Positions 50,484-60,798 of a DNA stretch of 64,000 nucleotides are shown here, one piece after another. The stretch's first letter is position 1. The number at the start of each line of letters is the position of its first letter. Source of the DNA: Halarcobacter sp. GTDB lineage: Bacteria; Campylobacterota; Campylobacteria; Campylobacterales; Arcobacteraceae. Below the pieces are notes generated by a model. It saw only the letters and a list, made by a program, of their open reading frames with translations. It did not search any database and had not been told where the DNA came from. The position numbers and the translations under genes were made by a program. Location of the stretch: assembly GCA_963676565.1 (NCBI GenBank), contig OY781089.1, forward strand, positions 3,200,001 through 3,264,000, read 5' to 3'.

Positions 50484-51484
50484 AAATAAAAGTTGCATCT
50501 TTTAATCTTTTCCAATTTTGTGCCCCTCCCTACTCATGGTATATAAAAAAAGATAAATTCACCAATGAACAATGGGATAAAAAAACAAATTGGATAAAAG
50601 AACAAATAGAAAAAATGGATTGTGATATCATAGGCTTTCAAGAAGTTTTTTCAAAGGATGAATTAGAAAAAATTTGTAAAGAGTTAGGGTATAACTATTT
50701 TGTAATGGTTGATGAGGCGAAAAAGGACAAAATAAACTCAAATGTTTATATAAGTACAACTGTAGCATTAGCTTCTAAATATCCAATTTTAAAAATAGAA
50801 GAAATTAAACCCCATATAAAAAGTTTGAAAAAACATTTTTTTAATGAAAAATTTGATTTCTCAAGAAAACCAATAAAGGCTTTAATTGAAATTGAACATA
50901 AAAAAGAGATTTTTATTTATGTAAATCATTTCAAATCAAATAGATTAAATGAGTTTGAATATATTTTTAACAAAGAAACATCACTTAGTGAGAAAAAACA
51001 AAAAGTTTTTACTTCATTAAAAAACAAAAATCTATCAGCACTAAAACAAAGACTTTGTGAAACTTCATCTTTATATTATGATTTTTTAAATTGTGATAAA
51101 CCTATAATTTGTTTATGTGATTTAAATGATAAAGAGTTTTCCCTTTCAATTGATGCATTAACAAATAGTTCATATCACAACGAAAGAAAAAAGTTTAATT
51201 CATATTTATTATATGATGCATATAATTTGGCCTCTAAAAAACAATCAAATCCCCATCCTGAAAAAAAGAATCTAAGAAAAGCAACTAGTTATTACCTATC
51301 AAAAGGAAATGTAATTGATTATATTTTTGTATCAAAGGATTTTAATAAAAAAGATAAGAATGCTATAGGAAAAATAAACTCCTATGAAGTTTTAGACAAT
51401 CATCTAAAAGATAACAAAGACGGCAGTTTATTGCAAAGTGACCATGCTCAAATTGTTTGTGAAATAGAGTTTTTTAACTTATAG
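50480..51484 (+). CDS. Endonuclease/exonuclease/phosphatase family protein
   Basis: ASFNL, DIIGFQEV, HFKS, CDLND, IDYIFVS, SDHA. Confidence 0.9.
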   Translation: MKIKVASFNLFQFCAPPYSWYIKKDKFTNEQWDKKTNWIKEQIEKMDCDIIGFQEVFSKDELEKICKELGYNYFVMVDEAKKDKINSNVYISTTVALASKYPILKIEEIKPHIKSLKKHFFNEKFDFSRKPIKALIEIEHKKEIFIYVNHFKSNRLNEFEYIFNKETSLSEKKQKVFTSLKNKNLSALKQRLCETSSLYYDFLNCDKPIICLCDLNDKEFSLSIDALTNSSYHNERKKFNSYLLYDAYNLASKKQSNPHPEKKNLRKATSYYLSKGNVIDYIFVSKDFNKKDKNAIGKINSYEVLDNHLKDNKDGSLLQSDHAQIVCEIEFFNL

Positions 51485-51969
51485 GCCCAAACTTTGTAAG
51501 CTTTTTGTCCTAAATGAAGCCCATCTGTTGTTAACTCCTCTTTTAAAAGTCCTTTTTCATTGGAAAAGGCACTATTAAAGTCAATCATTTGTATATCTTT
51601 AGTTTCACAATACTCTTTTATCATTTGATTTAAGGTATTAACTTTTTTATTAACTGCTGGCATTTGAGTAATTAATACAGACTGAACAATAACTTTTATC
51701 TTTTTTTGGATAATTTTCTCTAAAATATTTTTATAGTTTTCAAATGTTTTTTCAAGGGGAACAGAAAGACATAAGTCATTTATCCCTATCATCAAACAAA
51801 TTATTTTTGGTTCTAACTCTATTGCTCTATTAACTCTATTTAATACCCCAAGGGTATTGTCCCCATCAATGCCTAGATTTATTACAAAATTGTTTTCTAA
51901 AAGCTTTTTCCAATCACCTCGAGCAGTAATTGAATCGCCTAACATCACAACTTCAATAGTTTTTTTCAT
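51448..51969 (-). CDS. SGNH/GDSL lipolytic protein
   Basis: GDSIT, GIDGD, GIND, DGLH. Confidence 0.92.
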   Translation of the reverse strand: MKKTIEVVMLGDSITARGDWKKLLENNFVINLGIDGDNTLGVLNRVNRAIELEPKIICLMIGINDLCLSVPLEKTFENYKNILEKIIQKKIKVIVQSVLITQMPAVNKKVNTLNQMIKEYCETKDIQMIDFNSAFSNEKGLLKEELTTDGLHLGQKAYKVWAYKLKNSISQTI

Positions 51970-51978
51970 ATTAAATCT

Positions 51979-52677
51979 TTATTTTTTCAAAGCATAATCT
52001 ACGGCACTTAGAACATGCAATTTTGTAGTATCATAAATAGGAATATCAACATAACCTTGTTTTATCAACATAGAGATTTCTGTACATCCTAAAATTACAC
52101 CCTCACAATCATAATCCTCTTCTAGTCTTTTTATAATTTTTATATATTCATCCCTAGATTTCTTAATACATTTACCTAAACACAACTCTTTGTAGATAAC
52201 TTCATGGATTAAATCTTGCTCAATTTCATTTGGAACTATTACTTCTATTTTGTATTTTTCTTCAATTCTATTTTTGTAAAACTCTTCTGTCATAGTGAAC
52301 TTTGTTCCTAAAAGAGCAACTTTTTTAATACCATCTTTTAGTAAAGCTTGTGCTGTACAATCTGCAATATGTAAAATAGGGATATTTATATTTTCTTCAA
52401 TTTGAGGTGCTACTTTGTGCATTGTATTAGTGCATATAATTAAAAAATCTGCCTTTGCATCTTCCACAGCTTTTGCTTCATTTGATAAAATTTCAGCTGT
52501 TTCTTCCCATAAAGAACTGTGTTGAAACTTTTCTATCTCTTCAAAATCAACACTTGAAAGTATTATTTTAGCACTATGTAAACCACCAAGTCTATGTTTA
52601 ATCTCTTCATTTAAAAGTTTATAATAAGTTGAAGTACTCTCCCAACTCATGCCACCTAACATACCAATTTTTTTCAT
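51979..52677 (-). CDS. Aspartate/glutamate racemase family protein (YgeA/RacX type)
   Basis: GGMSWEST, CTNTMH, GCTEI. Confidence 0.92.
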   Translation of the reverse strand: MKKIGMLGGMSWESTSTYYKLLNEEIKHRLGGLHSAKIILSSVDFEEIEKFQHSSLWEETAEILSNEAKAVEDAKADFLIICTNTMHKVAPQIEENINIPILHIADCTAQALLKDGIKKVALLGTKFTMTEEFYKNRIEEKYKIEVIVPNEIEQDLIHEVIYKELCLGKCIKKSRDEYIKIIKRLEEDYDCEGVILGCTEISMLIKQGYVDIPIYDTTKLHVLSAVDYALKK

Positions 52678-52727
52678 ATTTATATAACCTTCATAAAAGC
52701 GTCTATTTATAAAGATTATATTGAATA

Positions 52728-53381
52728 TTAACTTATCTTTTCTAACCCATCATTTTTTAATTTGTAAATTGTTGGTGTTAGTTTCTCAATAAAAGTTTTA
52801 TGGTGTGAAACAATTACCATTGATTTTTTTATGGAGTTTAAAATATTGATTATTCTTATTTCTGCATCTTCATCTAAAGCATTTGTAGGTTCATCAAGTA
52901 AAATGATCTTTGGTTTAGTAATCAAAATTCCTGCTAAGGCAACAATTTTTTGCTCCCCTCCACTTAGATCATAAATATTTCTATTTTCTAAATGTAATAC
53001 ACCTAGATCTTCAAGCATTTTAATTGAAGCTTCATAAGCTTCATCTTTTTTTATACCCTTTGCCCTTAAAGCAAACATCACATCCTCTATAACTGTTGGA
53101 CATAAAAAATGGTCACTTACATCTTGGGGTAAATATCCAATGTCTCCCCTGTATTCTCTAAAATCTTTTTTTGAATTCATCTTGTCATGAAATAAAAAAA
53201 CCTCACCATCTTTTGGAGCGATTAATCCAGCAAGAATTTTTAAAAGTGAACTTTTTCCACTTCCGTTAGATCCAACTATTGCAACCTTTTCTTCATGGGA
53301 TACATTTAAAGTAACATCTTTAAAAACCTCTTTTGTTGAAGTTTCATAACTTATATTTTTTAAATTTATTGAACAACTCAT
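52728..53381 (-). CDS. cbiO: ECF transporter ATPase NikO/CbiO
   Basis: GSNGSGKS, PTVIEDV, LSGGE, LLDEPT. Start reassigned to ATG 53381, overlapping the upstream stop. Confidence 0.85.
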   Translation of the reverse strand: MSCSINLKNISYETSTKEVFKDVTLNVSHEEKVAIVGSNGSGKSSLLKILAGLIAPKDGEVFLFHDKMNSKKDFREYRGDIGYLPQDVSDHFLCPTVIEDVMFALRAKGIKKDEAYEASIKMLEDLGVLHLENRNIYDLSGGEQKIVALAGILITKPKIILLDEPTNALDEDAEIRIINILNSIKKSMVIVSHHKTFIEKLTPTIYKLKNDGLEKIS

Positions 53382-54022
53382 ACAAAAACCTTTACATAAA
53401 GCATACAAACTAAGAATAATAAAATTACATCATAATAAGAAAGTTTAGAATTATTTATTAAATAAATCCTTCCACCAAAACCTCTTAATTTAAAAGAATC
53501 CTGTAAGGCATTAGCTTTTATTATTGACTTTACAAAAATATGCCCAAATAGATTTCCATAGGTTTCGTAAGTAAACATTGATGAGTTTGCTCTAAAACCC
53601 CTTGCTCTTAAAGTCATTTTTATTTTTTTAAATTCATCATTTAAAGTTTGAATCATTTTAAGTGTGAAATATACTGAACTTACTACTTTTTTTGGGAATC
53701 TCAATTCATTTAAAGCCCTTACAATATCATAGCCACTTGATTGTGAGAAAAGTAAGAGGTTAAAAAGTACAATCATATTTGTTCTAATATAGATATTTAT
53801 AGCCTCTTCAAAACTACTTTGAATAAGTAAAACAATAAATATCATCAAAATAAATAGATTAAGAAGAATTAGTTTTTTTATAATACTAATAAGAGATTTA
53901 TATTCACAAAAAGCCATAAAAACTATAGGCACGAAATATATTAATTCAACTTGATTAAAGCTAATAAAAATTGAGTACAAAAAGGCACAGATTAAAATTA
54001 TTGAAGAGTTAAAATTATTCAT
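53378..54022 (-). CDS. cbiQ: ECF transmembrane component NikQ/CbiQ
   Basis: Hydrophobic N-terminus; ARGF and LRGF motifs. Confidence 0.85.
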   Translation of the reverse strand: MNNFNSSIILICAFLYSIFISFNQVELIYFVPIVFMAFCEYKSLISIIKKLILLNLFILMIFIVLLIQSSFEEAINIYIRTNMIVLFNLLLFSQSSGYDIVRALNELRFPKKVVSSVYFTLKMIQTLNDEFKKIKMTLRARGFRANSSMFTYETYGNLFGHIFVKSIIKANALQDSFKLRGFGGRIYLINNSKLSYYDVILLFLVCMLYVKVFV

Positions 54023-54497
54023 TTTCTCTTTTTATTTTCTTTAAAAAAAAGAAAATCCCTACAATTACAAAAAGTGCAAATATCATTTTTAAAATCTCGT
54101 TTTGTTCAATTTTCTCTTTTAACATCTTGTTTTCAGACTTTAATCTTAAAATCTCTTCTTCTAAATTTAAGAGATTTTTATCAACCATTTTATTTTCTTT
54201 TTTTGTAATATTAATCTTTAAACTATCTTTTGCCCCATGTCCACCAAGTGATTCCACAGATACAATAATTTTAGGAGCTAAATTAGTAATAATAAATTCA
54301 CCATTTTTATTAGTTTTTCCTTTTTGAAGGATTACTCCTTTTTCATCTTCAACTTTTATATCACAATTTTTACAAAAACTTCCACTTGCAAAATATGCAC
54401 TTGCAAAAACTTTTTCTTTCTCTTGAGTTAAAAAAAGATTTAATTTGTGTGCAAAAGAGAACTGAAAAACAAAAATAACTAATAAAAACAATCTCAT
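54015..54497 (-). CDS. NikL/CbiL-like accessory component
   Basis: Signal peptide ending SFA-H, GKTNKNGEF, GGH, C-terminal TM helix. Confidence 0.7.
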   Translation of the reverse strand: MRLFLLVIFVFQFSFAHKLNLFLTQEKEKVFASAYFASGSFCKNCDIKVEDEKGVILQKGKTNKNGEFIITNLAPKIIVSVESLGGHGAKDSLKINITKKENKMVDKNLLNLEEEILRLKSENKMLKEKIEQNEILKMIFALFVIVGIFFFLKKIKRENE

Positions 54498-55096
54498 AGA
54501 TTTACCTCTTTTAAAATATCAGGTATACTCTTTTTTAAATAATTTATCAAAAATAGTGTTACTAAACCCTCTATAACCATAGCTGGAATATTTGCCAAAA
54601 TAATTGTATAAGCTGCAAGTAAATACTCCTGTTTTGCAAGAACTAATATCAAACATAAAAATATTGTTGCAAGTAATACAGATACAAAACCAATGGCAAA
54701 ATATTTTATCTTTTCATTTAAAATATTTAATACCCCGCTTTTAGTTAAAAGATAAATCAAATAAGCAGGAAGTGCCATAATAATTATATTTGCCCCTAAG
54801 GAGCTTAATCCACCATAACCTAATAGGGTTGCTTGCAATAAAAGAGCAATTGCAATGGCAAGGAAAACTCCACTTCCAAGAAGAATTCCAATAACTCCAA
54901 TTAAAACCAGATGAACTTGTGTGGGTCCCAATGGAATATGTATAAATGAAGCTATAAAAAATATTGCACTCATAGCTGAGATTAAAGCAATATTTTTATT
55001 TTTTAAATTCTTCAAAGATACTGCAATTAAACCTAAAGAGATTATAGAAGTTGCTATAACTACTTCACTTGAAAGTATTCCATCAGAGATATGCAT
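54494..55096 (-). CDS. cbiM: ECF substrate component NikM/CbiM
   Basis: Diagnostic N-terminus MHISDGIL; HLVLIG; GGLSSLGAN. Confidence 0.92.
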   Translation of the reverse strand: MHISDGILSSEVVIATSIISLGLIAVSLKNLKNKNIALISAMSAIFFIASFIHIPLGPTQVHLVLIGVIGILLGSGVFLAIAIALLLQATLLGYGGLSSLGANIIIMALPAYLIYLLTKSGVLNILNEKIKYFAIGFVSVLLATIFLCLILVLAKQEYLLAAYTIILANIPAMVIEGLVTLFLINYLKKSIPDILKEVNL

Positions 55097-55099
55097 TTT

Positions 55100-55816
55100 T
55101 TAATAAACCTTTACCCACATAAGTGCACCATTTTCAATAGGATACATTTTACCTTTATATTCCTTTTCACCCTCTTCAATTAAAGCTGCGAATCCCCACC
55201 AACCTTTATGATTCATAGTAAATGAAAATACTCCATTATCATCTGTTTTAACTACTTGAGTAATATGTGCATCGCTTGGTGCTTTAAGACCAAACTCATT
55301 ATAAAGCTCTACTTCTACTTCAACATTAGCTGCTGCTTTTCCATTATGTAAGACTTTACCTTGGAAAAGGTTTCCAGAATAAAGACCAAAAGGTTTTGTC
55401 ATAGGGATAATCTCATATTTTAAACCAAGTGGTTCATCCCAACCATCTTCTAAACCAAATGCACTAACAATTAATTTTGGTACATGGATAATATATTTTT
55501 CTTCAGCAGGTTCAAAATAAGCTTCAGGGACTACATGAAATTTATAAACACCTGGTCTTTTTACTTTGTACTCACTGCTCCAAGCTTTGTGATCAAATTT
55601 TTTGGTTTCTTCTAAAGGCAAACTTTCATCACCTAAAAATATCCCTTTAGGTTTAACCATTGTCATTCCAGTTTGTTCAAAGGGATGAATAAACATTGCA
55701 TCAAGTTTTAGTGTAGATTGCTCTTTAGATTGAATATTATCTGTATTAGATAAAAAAGTTAAGAAATGTGCATTTGCACAAACAGCTAAAAGAGTAGCTA
55801 AAATCAGTTTTTTCAT
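55100..55816 (-). CDS. NikK-like periplasmic protein (DUF4198)
   Basis: Signal peptide ending ANA-H; HPFE, EIIPMTKPFGL, KTDDNGVF, GWWGFAAL. Confidence 0.82.
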   Translation of the reverse strand: MKKLILATLLAVCANAHFLTFLSNTDNIQSKEQSTLKLDAMFIHPFEQTGMTMVKPKGIFLGDESLPLEETKKFDHKAWSSEYKVKRPGVYKFHVVPEAYFEPAEEKYIIHVPKLIVSAFGLEDGWDEPLGLKYEIIPMTKPFGLYSGNLFQGKVLHNGKAAANVEVEVELYNEFGLKAPSDAHITQVVKTDDNGVFSFTMNHKGWWGFAALIEEGEKEYKGKMYPIENGALMWVKVY

Positions 55817-55922
55817 TATTGCTCCTAAATAAATTTAGGAAATTATATGATTGTAGCTTTTATATAACAATAAATATTTTTACTACTTATGTATTTTTAG
55901 AACCAATATGAATAGTTATTTA

Positions 55923-56369
55923 CTATTTATATATTATGGTTCTAATATTTTCTTTATCAAGATTTCTTATTTCATCATATTTTTTTTGATAAAAAATTTT
56001 TTCTTCATAGGGAATTGGAAATCTAATAGATTTGTATTCAACTAGTTTTCCATCTTTATAAACGCCACTAACACTTGCATAAACCCAATAAAATCCTTTG
56101 TCTTTTCTAAGGTTTTTAACATACCCTTGCCATTTCTGTTCAGATTCTAATTTTGACCACATCTCTTTAAATATTCTTTTGGGCATATCAGGATGTCTTA
56201 CTAAATTGTGTGGTTTTCCAATTAATTCATCAACTTCATATCCACTGATACTTGCGAAAGTCTCATTTGCATATGTGATTTTTCCACTTAAATCAGTTCT
56301 TGAAACAATTAACTCATCTTCAGGGACAATTGTCTCAATTAAAAATTCACTTTCAGAATATTCTTTCAT
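55923..56369 (-). CDS. Stand-alone Aer/CetB-like PAS protein
   Basis: SRTDLSGKITYAN, GKPHNLVRHPDMP, W.GYVKN..K...FYWV. Confidence 0.88.
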   Translation of the reverse strand: MKEYSESEFLIETIVPEDELIVSRTDLSGKITYANETFASISGYEVDELIGKPHNLVRHPDMPKRIFKEMWSKLESEQKWQGYVKNLRKDKGFYWVYASVSGVYKDGKLVEYKSIRFPIPYEEKIFYQKKYDEIRNLDKENIRTIIYK

Positions 56370-56386
56370 CTTAAAAACCTTTAATA

Positions 56387-56770
56387 TTAATCAATTTTGT
56401 CAAATTCTTCAGCAAAACCTTCTAGGTTTTTTCTTTTTAAATCCCCTCTATAAATTATTTTATTTGGGTCAGTATTTTCATCATTTAACATTTTAGGAAC
56501 TAAATCTGCATTTTCTAAAACCTCAATGTGTTCATCTAATTCGTCTTCACTATATGCCATTTGCATATCTGCACTTGCCACATGGGGAATTGCTTCAATC
56601 ACTCTTAGTTTTTCAAGTTCCTCTTTAACGCCACTACCTTCAATAGTAACAATGATTCTACCCTTTTCATCGTGTAAGTGATAATCGCAAGCTTCACATT
56701 GCTTTAAACTTTCAACCACCTCATCAAGATATTTTGGTAAAGTTTGTACTACAATACTAGATACATTCAT
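56387..56770 (-). CDS. napD: NapA chaperone NapD
   Basis: MNVSSIVV, GRIIVTIEG; nap operon context. Confidence 0.9.
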   Translation of the reverse strand: MNVSSIVVQTLPKYLDEVVESLKQCEACDYHLHDEKGRIIVTIEGSGVKEELEKLRVIEAIPHVASADMQMAYSEDELDEHIEVLENADLVPKMLNDENTDPNKIIYRGDLKRKNLEGFAEEFDKID

Positions 56771-56780
56771 TGTTCTCTCC

Positions 56781-57728
56781 TTATTTCAATTTAAAATAGT
56801 TTATATTCGAATCATCACTACTTACAAACACTTCATTTTTATTTATAAATAAAATTTGCGTTAAAGTAGCTTTTTGACCCTTAAGATTATATAATTTTTC
56901 TTTTGTATTAACATCAAATATTAAGACTTCATTTTTTTCATTATAAGCAATACCACCAAGTTTAGCCTTTGGACTTAAACCACAACTATAAAGTAAAAAA
57001 TCAAATCTCATTGAATAATCTGTAAAATTTTTATAAACAACTGCCTGTCTGTCTTGACCTGCTGCTAAAATAACACCATTTTTGTAATCTATTTGATAAA
57101 CCTTATCTAAGTTTTTATTTTTGTTTTCACCAAAAATTTGAGCGTTTTCAACTCTTATTTTTCTAACAATTCCACTCTCATCTGTTGTAACTAAAACCTT
57201 TTTATCTTCACTTAAAGAAAAATCAGAAAATGATGAAGCACTAACTTGTATAAGATAATCTAGTTTTTCGTTTTTTAAATCAAAAACTCCAATTTGATTA
57301 CTAAGTAAAGCAAAAACTATTTTATCTTTTGAGATAAAGTTTGCTTTTTGAATAAAATATTTTTTATCTATACCAATTGTTTTTTTTAAATTCCCATTTT
57401 CATAAATAAAAATATTTCTGTAACCTTTCATTCCTTGAGAGACTATTAATAACTTACCATCAATTAAATCTATAGAATATATTTTTGCGGCAATTAAATC
57501 ACCCATGAAATCTTTTATATCAGGGATTTTTATCTCATCTATTTTTTCAGTTGTTATTGCATCAAAAACTTCAACTTTACCTTCACTAGTTGCTGCATAC
57601 AAATTATTGTTTTTATAAACTAAAGATTGTACAGTTCCACTTGCTTTAAATATTTTAGTAGGTTCTAAATTTTCAATTGCAAATAGATTTACAAATAATA
57701 AAAATAGAATAAATACAAGTTTATGCAT
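56781..57728 (-). CDS. napL: NapL, WD40-like periplasmic protein
   Basis: Signal peptide from ATG 57728, IKDFMGD, AGQDR; position before napD. Confidence 0.85.
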   Translation of the reverse strand: MHKLVFILFLLFVNLFAIENLEPTKIFKASGTVQSLVYKNNNLYAATSEGKVEVFDAITTEKIDEIKIPDIKDFMGDLIAAKIYSIDLIDGKLLIVSQGMKGYRNIFIYENGNLKKTIGIDKKYFIQKANFISKDKIVFALLSNQIGVFDLKNEKLDYLIQVSASSFSDFSLSEDKKVLVTTDESGIVRKIRVENAQIFGENKNKNLDKVYQIDYKNGVILAAGQDRQAVVYKNFTDYSMRFDFLLYSCGLSPKAKLGGIAYNEKNEVLIFDVNTKEKLYNLKGQKATLTQILFINKNEVFVSSDDSNINYFKLK

Positions 57729-58029
57729 TTGGGTTGAAGCCTGTATCATTTTCTTGTCCATTGATTTTATTTATCTCTTCTTCATACTTTTTTTGTAACA
57801 CTGCCATCTTCTCATTTAAGTCTTGATAACTTGCAGGGCTTAAAGTTTTTGATTTTGTCCAAACAACTTCAATATCATTTGCATAATCTTCACCCATAAT
57901 TTCAATATTTTTCTGGAATTCTTCTAAATCATTGCAAGTTACTGTTTTCTCACCTAAGGTATCAGTTAATTCAATAAACCAAACTCCAGGGTTTTTTTCA
58001 TCTACATGTGATATAAATTTAACAGCCAT
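57721..58029 (-). CDS. Hypothetical acidic protein inside the nap operon
   Basis: 102-aa ORF with AGGAG SD, 3 nt after napF and overlapping napL by 8 nt. Confidence 0.78.
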   Translation of the reverse strand: MAVKFISHVDEKNPGVWFIELTDTLGEKTVTCNDLEEFQKNIEIMGEDYANDIEVVWTKSKTLSPASYQDLNEKMAVLQKKYEEEINKINGQENDTGFNPNA

Positions 58030-58032
58030 CTA

Positions 58033-58515
58033 TTAACTCCTAGTTATTTTAATTGCATTTGTTGGACATACACTTACACAAAAGCCACAGCTGACACATT
58101 TTTCTTGATTTATACTTGGTCTAAACATTCCAATAAACTCTATTGCATCATCTAAACATGGGTCTTTACAAGAGAAACACATTGTGTTATTCCAACTTAA
58201 ACATTGTAACATCTCTATTTCTAAAACTACATCAATATGTTCTTTTTCCTCAAGGATTAAAACCTCATTTGGACAAGCTATTGCACACTCATCGCAATAG
58301 GTACAACCACCTTTTGAGAAATCTATTATTGGTGTTTGTTTTTCATCTAAAACAATAATATTCTCTTGACAAATAGTAATACATGGTTTATCAACACATT
58401 TTATACACTCTTTATCAAAAGAATCTAAATCTTTATAATATGGTGGTCTAATTGCGCTCTCTTTTCCCTCTTTTTTTGAAGGAAAAAGAGAACCTAAAAG
58501 TTCTCTTCTTTCCAT
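58033..58515 (-). CDS. napF: Ferredoxin-type protein NapF
   Basis: IRPPY and four Cys clusters. Confidence 0.9.
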   Translation of the reverse strand: MERRELLGSLFPSKKEGKESAIRPPYYKDLDSFDKECIKCVDKPCITICQENIIVLDEKQTPIIDFSKGGCTYCDECAIACPNEVLILEEKEHIDVVLEIEMLQCLSWNNTMCFSCKDPCLDDAIEFIGMFRPSINQEKCVSCGFCVSVCPTNAIKITRS

Positions 58516-58521
58516 AATAAC

Positions 58522-59151
58522 CTATTTCATTAAAGTATCTAAACCTTCAGTAAGGCTTGAACCTTCCCATGCAGATTTATTTGCTCCATCTTTAGAAGTA
58601 TATTCTGGTTGGAAAGTATTTTCAACTAACTGACCTTCACTTTGTGGGGCGTGACATTGAGAACAATTAAATCTAGCTCCACTTAAAGTTCCCATCTCTT
58701 TAATTGTAACATACTCCATTTTATCACTTGAAGTATTATCAACTGTTTGTCCATTCTTAACTATTTTACCATCTTCAGCCAATGAAGTAGCAGGTCTAAA
58801 GTTAGTCATGTGTGATTTTGGATAAGGTAATGCATTTAATGTTTCTGCAACACCTGGTGTATGACAACTTACACATTGATTATTGTCAACAGTAATTGGT
58901 AACATACCATCAACACTATGTGGAATCATAGGTGGAGCATCTTGAAATGCTCTTACAATTTTTTTACTAGTTCCAGCTGCTGCTTGTGAATATTTTGTTT
59001 CATCAGGTGTTACTGTATTTTCACTATATAAATCAACTTTTCTAAGTCCTAGTGATTCCTCACTATAAGTTTTAGAAGCTGTACTACAACCAGCCACAAA
59101 TAAAACCGAAGCAGAAACAATACCTAAACCTATTTTAGTAATTAGTCTCAT
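58522..59151 (-). CDS. napB: Diheme cytochrome c NapB
   Basis: APPMIPHS, CVSCH, RFNCSQCHAPQ. Confidence 0.95.
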   Translation of the reverse strand: MRLITKIGLGIVSASVLFVAGCSTASKTYSEESLGLRKVDLYSENTVTPDETKYSQAAAGTSKKIVRAFQDAPPMIPHSVDGMLPITVDNNQCVSCHTPGVAETLNALPYPKSHMTNFRPATSLAEDGKIVKNGQTVDNTSSDKMEYVTIKEMGTLSGARFNCSQCHAPQSEGQLVENTFQPEYTSKDGANKSAWEGSSLTEGLDTLMK

Positions 59152-59972
59152 GCTAATTCTCCTTTGCTATTTTTATTTTTTATTAAATCTCGAATTGAAA
59201 AATTAAGTGCGTCATCATCACATACTTCTATGCATCTTGCGCAGTTTGTACACTCCCCAGAAAGTACTTGTTCAGATTTTTTACCAACCATATAAAGTAC
59301 TTGAACCTCAGGACAAACCTCTTTACACTTCATACATAAAGTACATTTTTCCTCTTCATAGTCAACTCTTATTAGGCTAAATCTACCTATTATTGAGTAA
59401 ACTCCACCAATTGGACAGATATGACCACACCATCCATTCTTTAAAACAAAAAGATCAAAAAGAAAGATAACTACAACAGCAGCCCATCCAAAGCCCATGC
59501 CAAAAATTATTCCTCTATGAACCATAGAAACAGGTGAAACAAACTCAAATGCCGTAATTCCAAAGGCAAAAGAGATTACAAGTGAGATTGCAATAACCCA
59601 GTATCGCATATTTCTACTTGCTGGTTGTTTCTTTTGAATTTGATTAAATCCAAGTTTTCTTCTTAAGTAATTAGCTAAATCAGTAATCATATTCACAGGA
59701 CAAACCCAAGAACAAAATGCTCGTCCTCCAATAATCCCATAAAATAAAACTGCTATTAATACTCCTAAGAAAATATCACTTGCAATTAATGCCCCAGCAA
59801 CAAACATCTGTAATACTGCATAAGGGTCACTCATAGGAATAAGACCAAATATTAATGAAGAACTTAAGTTCCCCATAATGATATTCCATCCCCATGCATT
59901 TGCACCAAAATACAATACCATTAAACTAATTTGAACGACTCTTCTTAGAATCAAAAATTTATTCTTAATCAT
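59148..59972 (-). CDS. napH: Quinol dehydrogenase membrane component NapH
   Basis: GRAFCSWVCP, WCGHICP, two 4Fe-4S motifs. Confidence 0.95.
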   Translation of the reverse strand: MIKNKFLILRRVVQISLMVLYFGANAWGWNIIMGNLSSSLIFGLIPMSDPYAVLQMFVAGALIASDIFLGVLIAVLFYGIIGGRAFCSWVCPVNMITDLANYLRRKLGFNQIQKKQPASRNMRYWVIAISLVISFAFGITAFEFVSPVSMVHRGIIFGMGFGWAAVVVIFLFDLFVLKNGWCGHICPIGGVYSIIGRFSLIRVDYEEEKCTLCMKCKEVCPEVQVLYMVGKKSEQVLSGECTNCARCIEVCDDDALNFSIRDLIKNKNSKGELA

Positions 59973-60759
59973 CTAAAAGTCCTCCCATATCATTTAATGA
60001 ATCAACAGCACTTCTCTTACTTCGTTCTGTTGTTGTTGTTTCCATTGTTGCATTTTCAAGCCTTTTTTCATCAGCTTTATCCCAGCCTTTTATATAGTGA
60101 TCCCCCACTTTACCTAAAGCAACTTCCCTTGGAAGTACAAAGATTGCAGCTTTTTCAGTTACACAGGCATGTTCACAAAGCCCACAACCTGTACAAACAT
60201 CACTATCAACTACTGGTTTTAAAAATGCGTGTTTTCCCGTTCTACTATTTTTCTCATACTCTAATTTTATAGCTTCATCCATTAATGGACAGGCTCTATA
60301 ACAAGCATCACATTGAATTCCCCAAAAAGCGATACAGTTTTTTGTATCTACAACTGCTGTTCCCATTTGAGCTTTATTGATATCAAGTCTATTTGAACTT
60401 GAAACTTTTTTAATATCTAAAGCATCTGTTGGACAAACAGGTACACATGGTATATCTGGACACATATAACAAGGGATATCTCTTGGGGTAAAAAATGGTG
60501 TCCCAAGAGGCAAGTTATCACCAGGTTTTGCTAATTGAAGAGTGTCAAAAGGACAAGCTTCAACGCACATACCACATTTGATACAAGTTTTTAAAAAATC
60601 CTCTTCTTTAAGTGCTCCAGGAGGTCGAAGTGTAAGTTGTGAAGCTGTAACCTCATCAACATATGCACTCCATACAAAACCACCAAGAACGGCAAGACCT
60701 GTTGCCCTTGCAATATTTAAAAAGAATCTTCTTCTATCACTAATTGGTTCTTTTTTCAT
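59965..60759 (-). CDS. napG: Ferredoxin-type protein NapG
   Basis: Tat signal RRRFF, LRPPGA, four Fe-S motifs. Confidence 0.95.
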   Translation of the reverse strand: MKKEPISDRRRFFLNIARATGLAVLGGFVWSAYVDEVTASQLTLRPPGALKEEDFLKTCIKCGMCVEACPFDTLQLAKPGDNLPLGTPFFTPRDIPCYMCPDIPCVPVCPTDALDIKKVSSSNRLDINKAQMGTAVVDTKNCIAFWGIQCDACYRACPLMDEAIKLEYEKNSRTGKHAFLKPVVDSDVCTGCGLCEHACVTEKAAIFVLPREVALGKVGDHYIKGWDKADEKRLENATMETTTTERSKRSAVDSLNDMGGLLDD

Positions 60760-60798
60760 CTTTTTCTCTTTTTGATTTACTTAAAAGTATTTATAAAA

